A stretch of 36,474 nt of DNA, taken from contig JAKLQJ010000119.1 in NCBI GenBank assembly GCA_022013385.1, forward strand, positions 1-36,474, written 5' to 3'. The stretch comes from Elusimicrobiota bacterium. Lineage in GTDB: Bacteria > Elusimicrobiota > Elusimicrobia > Elusimicrobiales > UBA9959. The translations under genes and the position numbers were made by a program. The number at the start of each line of letters is the position of its first letter. Position 1 is the first letter of the stretch. A model generated the notes under the pieces. It was not told the DNA's origin. It was given only the letters and a program-made list of their open reading frames with translations, and made no database searches. Positions 34,001 to 35,957 of the stretch are shown piece after piece.

Positions 34001-35957
34001 ACACGAAATTGTTTCCCGTCACTGTAAGGATTATATTGCTTGCCCCCTGTCCGAAAGTAAGAACGGCCGGATCGGTTATAGCGCTAAGGGTTGGCTTCTC
34101 CTTTATCTCAAAAAAAGCGTCCGCCGGGACTTTTTTGTCATAACCGTCATCGGGATTTGTAATCGTGAAACTTGATTTACCGAGAGGACACGATGTCCCC
34201 ACCGAAACCTGAACCCTCAATCTATTCGGATCTTCGGTCAAATAAGTATAATCATAGCCGAATATCGTAATCCCGTCACTGCCGCTGGGAAGATTAAAAT
34301 CAATTGTGCCGCCATTCTGGAAACTATAGCCCTTTACATCTATCCACTTATTTGAGGCGCCTCTGGCAAGCTTGGCTCTTGGCGTCGCGTCAAGACCGAC
34401 GACCTGCGCGCTAATGAGAACCGGTTTGGGATTTATGGTAAAAGAACCTGTCTTTGTTGTTCTTCCCTTGTCGGGATTGGTCACGGTAATATTTCCTAAA
34501 CCATAAGTGGGGCTGTTTGAAATATCTATTACCGCCCTAATCTGCGCCCCGCTGTCAAATATGACATTATTGACTGTAATGCCCGAAGCGGAAAAATCAA
34601 CACTGCAACCGTTTATGAAACGCGCGGAAACATCGGTAATGGTAATAGTGCTTCCGGCCAAATCCGCTCCTTTTGCTATCGGACTTACCGTTAAATTGGT
34701 CCCGCCCGCTTCTTCGCCCGGCCTATAATTTACCGTAAACCAATCTATCCAAGAAGCGACGCCGGTATCGGCATTGGTTATGGTAATATCTCTTGGGCCT
34801 TGAGAAGCGCTTGCCAATACGCTGATTTGGCATTGAACCTCTGTTAATGACACATAATTGTTTGACGAGACAGTGATTCCCAAGCCGAAATCGGATGTAA
34901 AACCCGGCAAGAAACTCTTCCCTGTTATAGTTATCCACTCGCCCACCGCGTTCTGACCTCTATTATTTGGCGAAATTGTTAAAAGCGTGGGTCTTACCAT
35001 GAAAGCGACAGAGTTTGTATTTACCCCTTGCGCTGTGATATAAACATTTCCGCTTATAAGGTCATCGGGCGGGTCCGATATTGATATCTCATTATCGTCC
35101 CATGTAACTGTTGCATCGTCATAAGCTATCCACTTATTGCTTAGCTGTATGCCGTCGCCGGCTATCGGCGTTCCAAAAAGCGCTCCTTCAAGCGTCAGCC
35201 CATAGTCAACAGACACCTGAGAAGGATTTACGCTGAACAAATAAGGGATAAATGTCAAATCGCAATTCTCACAGGTAATTCTTGACAATCGAAGAGGATT
35301 GTCCAGCATAAGGCTATGAGTTCTACTATAAATTGTTGAGGCATTATGCCATTCCATTTCCACCACAAGACGGTCGCCGTCTAGAACCTGAATTTCAGAA
35401 CCCGGCGCATTATTTCGTATAAGCGCGCTCAGCGGGTAGGATGTATAGTGTGAGGTTCCGGTCGTAGAGCCTGAAACAGGGCTTAAAAGCAAAACCCCGC
35501 CCCTTTTGCCTGAATTATCGTTTTTCCATATATAAGCCGTAGCGCGAAGTGTCCAGTAGGCACTCCTTGCTCCACCAATACCATAAGTAAGCAGTGTCCA
35601 TGTCGTGGCTGTGGTTAAAAGCGTGGATTGCAAGGGCGGCGAAACAAACCTTGCCGCCGCGCCATAACCTTGCGCGCCGCCTGAGGGAAAAGTATATCCT
35701 ACGCTATAATCCGCCACAGTTCCTGAAGTTGTAGTCATTTTGTAATTATCAGCGTTAGTCGGCATACCCGAGCCAAAAACATCTGTTGTTTGCGCCGCGT
35801 CGGGCGCCGCCCCAACCGCATCCTCCGGATGAAAATACAATGTAGTCTGAGAAAAGACATCCCCTATTACAAACAACAAAAAGAATACCAAACCAATACA
35901 ACCTACGCGGTTGTATTTGGTTATTTCAATATAATTTTTGTTTCCCGTTTTTCTCAT
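1..35957 (-). CDS. Giant secreted/surface repeat protein with tandem Ig-like domains, at least 11,985 aa, 3'-partial (runs off the window's left edge)
   Basis: ATG at 35957-35955 (MRKTGNKNYIEITKYNRVGCIGLVFFLLFVIGDVFSQTTLYFHPED...), with an in-frame TAA at 35969-35967 just upstream that fixes the start. The same frame is still open at the left end (...VFVFTPVVASSHTIKAESSSLPLATS). None of the 13 minus-strand ORFs in the supplied track lies in this frame, which is expected if it has no stop anywhere. Hand translation at many points gives coherent repeat protein in this frame. Confidence 0.96.
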   Translation of the reverse strand, partial: MRKTGNKNYIEITKYNRVGCIGLVFFLLFVIGDVFSQTTLYFHPEDAVGAAPDAAQTTDVFGSGMPTNADNYKMTTTSGTVADYSVGYTFPSGGAQGYGAAARFVSPPLQSTLLTTATTWTLLTYGIGGARSAYWTLRATAYIWKNDNSGKRGGVLLLSPVSGSTTGTSHYTSYPLSALIRNNAPGSEIQVLDGDRLVVEMEWHNASTIYSRTHSLMLDNPLRLSRITCENCDLTFIPYLFSVNPSQVSVDYGLTLEGALFGTPIAGDGIQLSNKWIAYDDATVTWDDNEISISDPPDDLISGNVYITAQGVNTNSVAFMVRPTLLTISPNNRGQNAVGEWITITGKSFLPGFTSDFGLGITVSSNNYVSLTEVQCQISVLASASQGPRDITITNADTGVASWIDWFTVNYRPGEEAGGTNLTVSPIAKGADLAGSTITITDVSARFINGCSVDFSASGITVNNVIFDSGAQIRAVIDISNSPTYGLGNITVTNPDKGRTTKTGSFTINPKPVLISAQVVGLDATPRAKLARGASNKWIDVKGYSFQNGGTIDFNLPSGSDGITIFGYDYTYLTEDPNRLRVQVSVGTSCPLGKSSFTITNPDDGYDKKVPADAFFEIKEKPTLSAITDPAVLTFGQGASNIILTVTGNNFVSGAQASFPEGGISVDWTSVLGAGILQCQVDISPAADPLVVYDIKVTNLDWGSDSLVDQIDVNYGPSFTTVEPVQLGQNAQNADIVINGANLQTGCSVEFLNTIVNVSGYDYTFVPDSITVTVNIDVAAQTGAKDINISNPDQGIFASDWQPFTVSSRPVLSQIQTEVSGWTDNELGQGTANQNIRLAGDYFQAGLGISDIIISTESSCNTQDPNITINGFVRDAVNLISLDVSVSGDCPVGGRYIKLVNPDKGKTISVSKMLYINAAPSLVSLTPNKLGQLASNYNLTVSGGYFQSGIGVSDIIFAPATGITINNVTVYVPDTIIVNVSIDPDAAPTGAARDLTILNPDGGSDVLSSAFTVNPRPKFRYAAPDNRGAGAVNSVITIYGENFVAGMNAYFEGGATGKILPYPVSANLLNDATAQVTINISTDAAVGSKFIKLMNTDEGYDTVYSTFTVNTPPIISQVIPSNRGQGATEQDIGITFVSGYQSGCVADFGLDIEIASYTYHASSFTVHIGTISATATQGQRTISVINSDAGRNYAGFTVNARPQVSSIDPNIGDQGVLGKWISIYGSAFSNVGGSPQALFSNPGITVSQVFYQSAGQIDVQMDIDIGASTGLGDVTIINPDGGKYKAVNGFTVGPKPAIISIEPSTLGKGAVGEAILITGNYFQEGCSVDIVYGLVTVSAVTFIDAQHIEAEVNVALTATAGPWDLKVTNLGGGYSTLASTVTIGAYPTSAITTPSNPYYNGAGIAQLKGNASADSADVWVSMEDLTLGTTWYDGANFSANTEQWLDANYSITFQTWTYTTPIAKMISGHQYVIRSKAYGLNGGREAPAAGESFIYDNAPPTCAIGAPQSGGVTLKELSAISGSSADGISGPDKVEAQIQRLSDNYYWDGSAFVNNPSTWVAAAAVNPWTYTGFEGSLTSGTTYTIRARVYDAAGNTALAAEKTITFDNTAPVSQLTFPDDNDCLSTPSLGTISGTAKDYPGPGGLFAGLYKVEGIVERGFPAPEGWWTGIEWKTVEPSTWPVASLIGGDPMVWTAPMPPTGEMSDNAEYRVHTRARDNAVDATETAGTGNLGSAESHTFYFDASAPRTKISNVADGEHKSSLSVISGTADDNVSIYAIRRVEAVKTHIYDTNNNKTYNGNPNPALWDIGDQTDAAHWFDAVYVGNSSGTWTFTGPSWQHTMKYRLISKALDRANNYEISLSTVYFTYDVYEADPEKPDSGVNEPADDQHLNNKFSSISGFALDNPRGVLTETKLNIRRLPNSDLGESTTYYWDKILEDWALAEPAIDNLPSASANDGVWDSNFENWYWDTPQSGLEAIHFWKAGREYEIISKAFDKAANSELILSTNSFIYDIDIPTATVVYPLSSGYISQTGKITGAAQDSSPGAIDNVYVRIKKDAVWWSSLANDWVGGSVFNDIVNYGYLSSGGTYWYLNAAPWETGSVYTIDAYGADKAGNVQIVYSTAANVVADFDAPFSTITYPTNGSTIQEDLTVIQGSALDFAPGVLDKVRVSYYCVNDVCGGKYWNMATGAWDLVSEAGSFLDATILPSDKWEATGASSPTWITNTIGINYRIFAKAVDQAGNEVSKPGAVADDSSYIEFTLKTPIPLTTIINPDINTPHWKASVASINGTAVYSTTVQLKIIDFGPDLGELTGNDNLAWNGAAWVSTNTFNDFIGVDAFAAPNWSWSIAAASWNVNRKYRVISKGSNIVYLTEETPVGGNTFVIDSTAPVVLIIEPDKAYETGISTMSGNVSDVSPGSILKSYFRVKRQEAAEYWNWQQSTFTALSPYTDLGAGNGSLATYTTDYFQTGQTWETDRSYTAQLYAEDKAGNISLVNEISFTIDRSKPALKILVPLDANNSGINSIPSISGTAYDDHKNENIQIAVQKWGSPQYLWYGGADFDDGNAEPHWLDINAGNGFLSPDATSWIFAPAGLDSDFTGGLKYLVLVRSTDVAGNIQNDFTPGISSMTIYVDRVAPQTLITLPADDSDGISGRYNSADIGKSGPPDTRFYGHVDDTYYSANNSGADATNRIRFSYLLSGDTYYWMGVIFSSGAAAEADAWRTASVFTGTPPLIWMYTTDIIWPSGDRPYRLEVKSGDKSRLSDDTGAGNWETEPFLIHNFIVDSSPPLLSITSPTAAAVLSYTPAIAGTAAAAISGLKEALIKVSSYSAGGWVLVSEDNQANNVWISSWSWTGLSGLIDQTTYQLVAKCRDKANNWTVEYSTITFVYDTIKPIVGIINPVNNRYYGKNSAESGYYLSGISGTSSDAQNIEKAEARIYEVNTSSYWHTTGWELNISSWHYAGAGAGGWQVELPPLTDGYKYRVEARAYDMGGNLSVYATNYFYYDLEAPTVALDNPGASFLNGLGQIDGTAQDEDSIGPYTSGMLKAQIAIQRNPPLGFWWDGGGFDSTGRVWLDNSAGPPAWTLTGSSTPSWVTNTKYRVEARSMDVSRNTSTVVTQEFIYDTQLPVAITTVPSSAYITSLEYIRGTSADTNGLGEIKEVQMRVKNVSANAYWNLGTGDYDISGQEAAWFVVSSTVTPLYSSWFSTGTPGGISFISGSDYEINVRAQDKALNYVNVYSTRAFRFDNQIPVSSVTAPSAEYISDEAPYAISGTSSDSGSEVTAVKVKIRRNSDNYWWSATDNSFISSEKENTATSVDPWYINVNSGLSDNVSYYAQTSAWDQSALIEAYPGGNPVTFWVDYLSPTSGISEPESGNNYSSLTEITGTASDTVRLDSLAIRIKRDSDNLYWNDSADDFTIFYASNAWIDLGSLGQRTTDWTYTDNFNWTGNPPTQYDINARAKDMLRYETNFTTITFTYDTAAPAPIVNVPGSLEYISAPLWPQTTMQGTIAVDASIVEARLRDLAQGTTYWNEGTKLWQEGEVWNIADIYAQGFWRLKVSASAFVSGRKYALYVKGTDASIPAPNVGYSAQPMFWYDTDKPTSTVTNVSDGALLAGLGEISGTAWDSSHFGPVGTSLDKTEISIYNEQSGNYFTGSGWGAETPLNVSLGGESFNGTDFRWEHDWAIIPSTGWLNNYDYEIRYRATDKAGNQEDNSLSNPDNPRVRFTIDLQPPVAIATSPADSGIYGGSWDIYGTAFDNKGLDLIEICLKKSTSTGFSPPYMYWDGVFWHDDEGYDLWISSDDLKNLSVTALNWSHKGVNWTSGKYELSARAKDDVGRWQTNITTSSFIVDMLNPNSSVSLPENGGAYNASGLSLIQGQSDDDLSGIPADGVSVWIRDLGIKGELEWPTTYWNGAGWLESASAIWIPVNVISPETLATPWTYSVPNVIDGHRYEIQSKATDSAGNVQTILATNIFDYDIRYPTATITQPVDGSELSALDEIQGLYKDYYPGSELDEESVKVSIRQNFGSYLYWEGPATGWGAVEYWLDATETLINKSAATGVLAAWNYYDVPAWENLKSYIVRAKAVDSAGNAQENLGDTFISSATFTYDANAPQTEIYTPYAVNLPAYDYFTPSVVQGKSTAGEAEVDKVEILIIREGAPLYYWNWAGSWVTGNEADYWKDIGITAAVGPVYWRYDGTDMPGTVGSYSLFYYATIKARCSTQIKDEIAGAGETFYSAGDRPWSIVDTPYHGEISSGTISIIGRAWSDYTGGTNWVKVSVYNKTLEEYWDQSLGGGIGGWGSGGEVWNDAVLGGDEGEYRPFTFDASSITWTTGEYIIRSKRQFVSASYIEVPHKGSMYIVDISPPESRVTAPLNNTKHSNLSVIEGTAEDAGPAGLQSVKVAIKWLDGGTTKYWNGSTDLWDTIETEVWNAAAIDESSWTYTESNIDWTYAEEYYITSIAADKGGNAETAAYQGKTFLCDNQGPVSQITYPVDGETYSDVASITGTSYDEYTIPADGQARLHRDINGDDIPDGTWDGTQWISYDANVWFSVDDFTVLGTTATLTKNMSGAWNSGYKYYVNIRSKDSAESGANQGAASPQAAFWIDNENPTTLIQLPSAAQYNSLPLISGTAKDNRKLHTADTEQTVKIRVFTPIGAGYWDFINGAWETCESPCDPNTYFSTTAFSWAGGAQSSGTFSYSFTSQPWVSGYTYRIEARSRDYVDNYDAVYSTKTFKFDNTNPETAVVFPVDGTHYASISTDSITGTSFDPSAGSGVAQVKLYLRDLTQGAAYWNGVGWTGSEIWLFTAMIADDWYWLGQDYGKPTWEDGHLYKLVSKAYDAATNQEENGLGNADIRDSEFVYDISKPTSSIAYPYNNGYISRTGKITGDSYDKPNGMVENAYIRIKQSFGPKEDHYWRVSDSSWTVEGAPEVWNDVISSGTLSANATWWQLGTTPWQTGEVYEINAYAKDKADNHQLIYSTATNIKADFTSPTSTVTYPANGQIIQVELTVISGSASDLPPGVLDKVRLSYYCGSGVCSGKYWDRNTGLWSSDTEIFYDAAILPNDKWEATGASTPTWITSVAGINYRIFAKGMDLAGNEVAKPGAPAANSSHIGFTLTTPQPISLIAVPDISEPHWRLATIPSISGTAVHSTTVQLKIIDFGPDLGELTGSDNLCWDGGAWVSTNTFNNFVGVNSFDGLNWNFSLSPAQWNGNRQYKVASKGINEDPEPDLPEEYTEGTGEKFIIDSSAPIVAITVPAADYIKSLVQLEGNVSDISPGVLQNTYFRVKRELIEQYWNWQESTFTALSPPYTSLTANVAGNLATYTTDYFSSGQAWETDKTYIAQFFSNDKAGNSSWAGEKTFTVDRTSPVSKILVPPNGITGINSIPLISGTVSDDHKNESVQIAIQQWGDPQLWYNGVSFNEGDIRWIDINAGNGFLSPDATSWIYAPANMNDNFSGGLKYLILTRSTDIAGNVQTDFIVDSSSMVIYVDKAAPDTIITLPADDADGISGRYNPANIGKSGIPDTRFKGTVTDNDYSANNSGADNPNKTRLSYLLSGDTYYWTGIGFSSGTAAYDNAWQPASVSGSAPIWNWLYTADIIWPSGDRPYKLEVKSMDKSRLSDGIGEGNWETEPFITHNFMVDNTPPSVQITSPTELSLNSNTNIYGTADANISGFDLAKIRISTGTTVKHYWDDSAGAWVTSAGTWNDTIKLGSTSWYYTVDPSILIENTVYTVEAQALDYAGNYSTLYSTRTFLNQRPQSKISVPSAVAYNTLLELSGTAEDNIGISGIRISIRNYDQSKCYDPSYTPDPWFTAGCNSIDDAPWISPQTLIYESSASWTYDIEDSTWTSGANFRIRIKSQDKAGNWDILYDTATFQFDTHAPVSTVTYPVDGSYLNLSDRDITVTGTSSDFGSGVTDVKFYLKKSNGDYWNGLAWQSVPVYLLADNTNPWSELLNRAETYVDSEKYTIETMATDIATNEEEGGYGLKCAFVYDISKPTGAITYPYNNGYISQTGKITGDSYDKPNGMVENAYIRIKQSFGPNEGRYWRVSDSSWTVEGAPEVWNDVISSGTLSANATWWQLGTTPWQTGETYEMNSYVKDKANNYDTVYSTVTGITADFTAPTSTITYPGHGDIVQTDLTIISGSASDLLPGVLDKVQLSYRCVSGACNGKYWNRITGAWDSDTALFYDADILPDDKWEATGASTPTWETSTSGIDYEIFAKGVDQAGNEVVKPGAPAAASSYIKFILQTPSPISLIATPDTSVPHWRLTAIPGIAGTAVHSTTVQLKIIDFGPDLGELTGNDNLAWNGSIWVSTNTFNDFVGVNSFDGTNWSFSLLSAQWNGNRQYKIASKGINEDTVPDLYEEYTEGAGKKFIIDSSAPVVAITVPAADYIKSLVQLKGNVSDISPGVLQNVYFRVKRELIEQYWNWQESTFTALSPPYTDLTANVAGNLATYTTDYFSSGQAWETDKVYIAQLFSNDKAGNLGIAGEKIFTIDRTSPTSKILIPSTWTVRSLPSISGTAFDDWKNKIVQIAIQKQAGAPFWYNGESFIVPGSNPNWIDIGAINGYLSPDATSWTYSPTGMNADFASNYKYWIIVRALDIAENMEDEQALNVSSMTIYIDKDKPVSYISMPLDDGDGISGRYNSANIGQTGNGTQLEGTAFENPSNTYAGVKDSFIRLSYLLSGDTYYWTGAEFSSYTVTEATAWQANTLAASPPVWNWYYLEDIAWSTDDREYTLEVKAMDDSRLSDNTGDGNWEIAPYIKRKFIVDDTPPSVQITSPTELSLNSNTNIYGTANADMAGHKLTYIRISTTGIEGTKYWNGDTGVWAAAPDTWNDSIKLGQTSWYYTIDKNILIEKTDYTVEARVLDYAGNYSTLYSTRVFNNERPSSFISVPSAVAYNTLTELSGTAEDNIGINEIKMTIFDYSQGKYYDPSLSGAWSISGKTENEAPWISVSPTIWTTSASWTYAVEDSTWTTGASFRIRIKSEDKIGNWDITYATASFQFDTGMPISDVVYPADGEHINLSAKPITIKGTSYDALSGVNQVKFYFRKSNGYYWNGINWQSDISVLSGEEPLDNWVQNITLDAAYVDGEKYTIETNAFDVATNEEGYGLKCTFVYDIKRPTAAITYPYNNAYISQTGKITGNSYDTPNGMVGNMYVRIKQLAGPKIAHYWRVSDSSWTVENAPEVWNDVISSGTLSANATWWQFGTTPWQTGEEYEMNVYGRDKAGNYQLVYSTATNIKADFTAPTSTVTYPANGSTVDSELTIISGSASDTAPGELDMVAVSYYKADAPLGYWDRNAGNWSSASELFYNAAILPDDKWEASGASTPTWITTKDGVNYRIFAKAVDKAQNETAKIGPANGPWIQFKLQTPKPDTAIAVPIAGQPYYKPSDLTVISGTALYSTTVQVRIINTASEPDTVWTPGGWISTVTYLAGCTEDTYVIGQSTCGFFGADNLAWTKNISGIWPAGTNKFKLAVRGYNDNESIPEPSPFVERYFHIDGDFPDSTLIKPDAPYEKPLSKIDGTASDLGIGVITKVEIALSTGNLSYYWDGAYWVAGSSWLIVNAGDGIFDSNSEYWYLDTQLPQWEANKAYELQVKITDKAGNIKTTPSPFFDFTIDTSSPVARIIEPSTGSIRLISQISGTALDNWGNNEVKVAIRQLDAPPLWFDGSSFQLTQSATYWISVNSNGYLSPDATSWIYAPSGLDSKFTPGSSGLKYLLLSKAEDIAGNAQQNFNIDISSIIVNIDRKAPTSSITFPLDNSDGLSGRYQSSNVGKSATSSRLKGSVSDSFYTQNNAGVESGKIRVSYLETGDTYYWTGSNFSSYTVTEITAWQGVNITENEPNWDWVYLPDMLWDGDREYKLETKFMDKSRTADNPLSEGNWETAPFVTHKFIVDDSPPSVEITSPTSVAHNSIPTIYGDANGDIAGFNSARIRISTGTAVKKYWEGDTNEWVTAAETWNKTDKLGSTSWYYAVEGAMLEDDTIYTVSAKTLDYAGNYSILYSTYAFTYDITEPSVALNFPKNGKTYSQIFISTPVLGTSASNQSSPNTGVSTVTIAVSKVDGDENYTNCFDGSSFIACVAPIWLPINGGTVADWTFNDNDIAFINDSRYKFEAKSADFAKNNSSISGVIVKYDIEKPTSTITAPNGEYVNSLTQISGTASDDTDGALSYEAGLGTYTVKVAIRRLSGSAGWWDEGTSDFSSGSPKWYEANNSTVTSPNEFSYGLSAAIQTNMTDPSRQNYQYRIVTWAYDLAQNREFGPNTGQPDNADIPASVGRTINFDNAIPVAITTAPANNSYKNDIPALYGITTDTGVVTTVQLMIKADAFSSVWKGTYNGDSTDWDDSDLYTHWSTATYSNGEWNIPLPNIDYVNNNRLYVWARAIDKAGNWSPTPSNAQIDNNLNADALPAHYFSFDKSDPVTGITVPESFVLANSTGLVRGTSYDGSPQPSGVSAVRIKLKRSDGAYWRFTNDDWFGAAGDDYNTNGTNPWEKSFNESALNDGYQYNFYSYARDNALNNSDGAYFSTFTFIVDMTTPTSKIDFPVNNSFIGSVPAITGTADDSVENINGWSSPRNFESGISESETAVEVAIERLADEKWWDGLGFNSAIREWKKADFVGMSSGTWTYNLPLGAIADGTTYHAMSRVRDIVSNIQTQYTTNYFTGDTTKPTSKATFPTGTVEFVNLVSGTAQDTLPGELKDSGVVEISIKQISGLGFPQCYDGSDFISCPGGVYPDDRLWIATATVDNVKGQPGNWNFNTSAISWINDSQYDIQALAVDKAGNKALTPGLESPDISFYLQTPQANTTISNPAGPDDKNYRAGDVLTISGVGSNLRAVDSVKIHIKRLKEPASWWYEPSLHWVDSDTYTFTSATAGSWALGINGNAAFTVDNASYTVTTIGYNSSNEAQSPSTQRRIVIDNTIPVGEILAPGTYYINSMPAVSGTATDPGNITQPSLNKAGGANIYVRIKDIDAGTYWSGSSFTVSGAESYIEAEYAAATIVNWSTATLVNSGLKDGKKYGVYFIPKDKAQNKQTDEGQMTNYEVLFDTRTPKTYISYPANMKVLRSLALIEGTALDEAGFYAPNYKSDLNKVEIQIYDEANNKYWGGSNFDQGSSSFNVVSGTSTWTYSGVTGASGRYYILQTRAWDKAGNAQSGFTDTVSSMTFIWDTTPPNSSINQPVDTVKYKPTGLSGIDALNGGASDASLPFVGELLNKVQIHLSYLDGGTTYYWAGSNFSSWTVTDITAWQDASGTDTWKYSFSSDDWISDKEYTLKTRAFDKAEPMGANGGNEQDPWAARTFIVDGTPPVSRVSTPAAGGFIQNTLSEISGTSYGGASGLESGAPGLKLRAYYISGTDTWYWTGVKWSSPTAIDLPVDFTASASTVTWTYPPVSYNLPDISIHNQVYNFSIAGLDEAGNQETPSIISVTSDFNYPAVTVSTPMSGENAFYGTSRALGTLTGNSADVPSGIVPPIKIQISNLSEAGAIKPKWNGLAWTVVESTWLAVTNLNPWTYSEPSLAGNKRYKAQMWAQDNAGNYIPQDAVVSEFIYDINKPSTTILSPSLPFSKASQVATFSGTAIDWVNTSTEAISGIAPGGIEIQVFDSGGNSFNGTGFAVGNFWRKADITFTGIVTDAVIGVDINSGANWTYPKAPDTWPPSLTEGSTYYVRARSIDRSQNTEVYIEKQFCYDNSAPSVDVTLPGDNFAYTALPQIEGTFLEPYSGINPGDGIQVLIQRNGDGAYWNGATWDLVGDYNPSSHWINASNVYSSSWTYISPSLANYFNTLGGALKFKIYVRGKDLAQNISRPDNPAPSSGENLFTMDRFAPVSVSTSPALGNGPAVYLNHPISIIAGTAAEVEAGIPSGLNNVFVRIRRFDIGSARCDYDALLNQWLTTLSDGWNQQDGGSLSEWTKNIEPTAFRGANPGDCYSGADKGNGFKFEVQSYARDNTQPVNGGPNTEIIYSTAVFILDYSTPTASIVSPVHQSFFNAKSLVSGIADDPIVGGGINSELDEIEFLLTDTDFQPQKYWNFNSLTWQGAFVSTTIAASSDWSVSALPSNNPILADSWAIGRTSATFVLKAKVFDKAGNYSDFNLNQSTFTLDLVEPNSAITVPAIEGDGVLTIASVSGTADDFTADISTVQIRIRQDTVQDIDCTNTGNNGYYWNGISWQIPEKWHGVNSYNWGTNAWSFNSSAITFKPQCFYIAKSSAVDNASNGESSFGSRRFKFTPPPSETGITMPLNLKYYKELTVVNGTANDDTQKLALEIIRLSDDYYWNFDASVWQSVAVSTGSIMPSGGNWTYDVNLPEFIDSSSYTMRSIGTNFSNVDESVPLMIQFFFDTAAPNTVVNIPGALNPYYNSLDILGGAVIDLPGTSPPAAGIYKVWTQIKANNGDYAGKYWDNASSTFTVSWSQSANESVYYVAGSSWEYAVSYPTSAFINGVQYEVKAKASDLTYNNTALEGNQSELSTGKVFSYDISIPTAAVACVYADEARSNVQIASGALHETMVIANEAQLPGMQIDTVKLHIKDNISSQYWTGSSWNPSSLVSTNSSVHQSSWSIAAIPSWADKGIYTMWVEAIDKAGNTQTIFTGNGSSVTFTIDKSAPLIDINSIASGAKISDLVSVSGTANDPNWDTNSGMASMNNIQIQISYLDGGNTYYYDNAAQFSSTTLDNTNSWWSATNWAVQGPSSGTWIYTQAGFQGAMVQDKIYAIKARAQDNAIPVANPSNVFDNVVAKTNILYDITPPESRVTAPLDGAVLKTLASISGAALDNLAGISSMGQIEISIQEVSPGNAYWTGIVPGTFTATSETFYPLSGASLNGSYDGLNWNMDAPAFSNGYLYRIKVRAKDDVLPPNEETEISSVTFTYDTFAPGAAITFPVGLPSSQGNLKTLASVSGTAYENFKIKSASISFQEVGSSLYYDVGFATFNSITQKWITAGISGSGPNYTWTASAPPLQDNISYNIQVIADDIAGNVMTPPTATTIRYDTTPPLSGVVSPADGSFFNNIVSITGTAQDQNTNPSGASGAQITISSGTVFWNGAIWVVSETWLAAASGANWTKNTQLPPSDNSTGLTDGGLYTIRTRAYDIAGNTETVTGGSSFRFDVSSPTAFISQPEDASRYNSLLSISGTANDAFNVNYPQIRIFDVPLTKYWSESSGWIDSSTWNIVNSSSSQSGEFGWAYDSSLVSWPDRDHELRIEIKTKDRAGNYSITSSTFSFDKTPPGSAILYPPSDDILYSSMTNITGTALDYGSPLDEVRIKMWYISAGTTYYWTPDTIGGKHWIINDPDWPTLLGGGPKATILSWDFSHSDFDDPSQLIYVWKQATHDGVNGKKFYIASKARDSTANDEINYSTRTFIFDNEPPMSGPDRPGPDTAYNSLAVLSGTSVDGVTTVDSVFISILSENEIGGPKYFTGSEFTSDTEVWLPILSLYPSSWTYTNGLLEFTSAYHYIVKSSATDSIGNVQLAVGKSRFLFDITEPKSSILNPVNDVIYNDNKMLSGNSSDPGFTTGINGAGSGVYPSLGWHKGGVNILVFRDTEPYLAPAGPIPYGGWDDTGYFWNGSTWTAASEGAVWDSAVFTDSLGNWQYDSLICPDPNPTNIPCWVRGDRYASWIKATDNAGTQQTIITQGPKFYIAAPAQSFALSVSVNPAEAGSDITLTVEAKDGIAGSGNTASAYNGTLNFYIDGAPGGPEYMDNDDITDEIHGLPKQQQFQPAWLGKHDFTVRPRKAAIRTLRVEDKDNPGIFGTTSVIINPATADRLQVIADFDPAGQMPAPGKMEPIGSEGREGLPRTKSAGLSVPFLIRVTDKYWNLALSSAASVDISDTDDNNSIISPDTNAVFVGSTTVNRIFVSADPTGWNVRAKGQGIYSNASNPSSNVPVIAQDADRLLVLLPGETRVQGKTSEPKGKIGVPIDQLAGSTFSATVYGVDPYYNTDTTANFYAAVNIITDQYDINPSSQPLESGATVFVFTPVVASSHTIKAESSSLPLATS
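11925..21755. repeat. Tandem intragenic super-repeat with a ~3.39-kb period (9 domains): copies B (~17985-21380), C (~14600-17985) and a more diverged partial D (~11925-14600)
   Basis: CACCATGTGGCATTGGCGCTTAATGTTCCCGAACTTA occurs at 21121, 17725 and 14344 (offsets 3396 and 3381). A 72-nt identical stretch lies at 16551-16622 and 19947-20018. Paired shadow ORFs 16835..17056 and 20231..20452 are also offset by 3396. Confidence 0.9.
27560..29930. repeat. Displaced partial copy (A) of the same super-repeat
   Basis: AATTCCCCTAAATCCGGGCCAAAATCAATGATTTTTAA occurs at 29026, 20461 and 17065. The domain order and the DDxDGISGRYN and SRLSD..GNWE motifs match copies B and C. Confidence 0.85.
31805..35249 (-). 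other. Array of 12 IPT/TIG-like Ig-fold domains (1 short classical type plus 11 of ~90-110 aa)
   Basis: First unit: PYLFSVNP..LTLEGALFG..VTWDDNEISI..SGNVYITAQGVNTNSVAFMV. The next 11 share P-x(4-5)-P-x(2-3)-G[QK]GA..ITGxNF..GITV..G-x-RD[IL]T[IV]xNPDxG..FTV. Their late motifs in order are NADTG, NPDKG, NPDDG, NLDWG, NPDQG, NPDKG, NPDGG, NTDEG, NSDAG, NPDGG, NLGGG. Confidence 0.8.
35250..35849 (-). other. Single-copy N-terminal domain (~200 aa), probably a beta-sandwich
   Basis: Reads QTTLYFHPED...ARFVSPPLQS...YWTLRATAYIWK...IQVLDGDRLVVEMEWHN...ITCENCDLTF. It has alternating hydrophobic strands and I did not see it repeated in the window. Confidence 0.5.
35850..35957 (-). other. Probable Sec/SPI signal peptide, aa 1-36, cleavage VFS|Q
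   Basis: Basic n-region (MRKTGNK..K..R), hydrophobic core (IGLVFFLLFVIG) and small residues at -3/-1 (V-F-S) before QTTLYF. No lipobox Cys at the predicted cleavage site. Confidence 0.75.

Noticed and set aside
143-34938. All short ORFs (60-167 aa) of the supplied track in this interval, on both strands
   Set aside because: They overlap the giant CDS antisense or out of frame and resemble no protein family I recognise. Several are duplicated only because the underlying super-repeat is duplicated.
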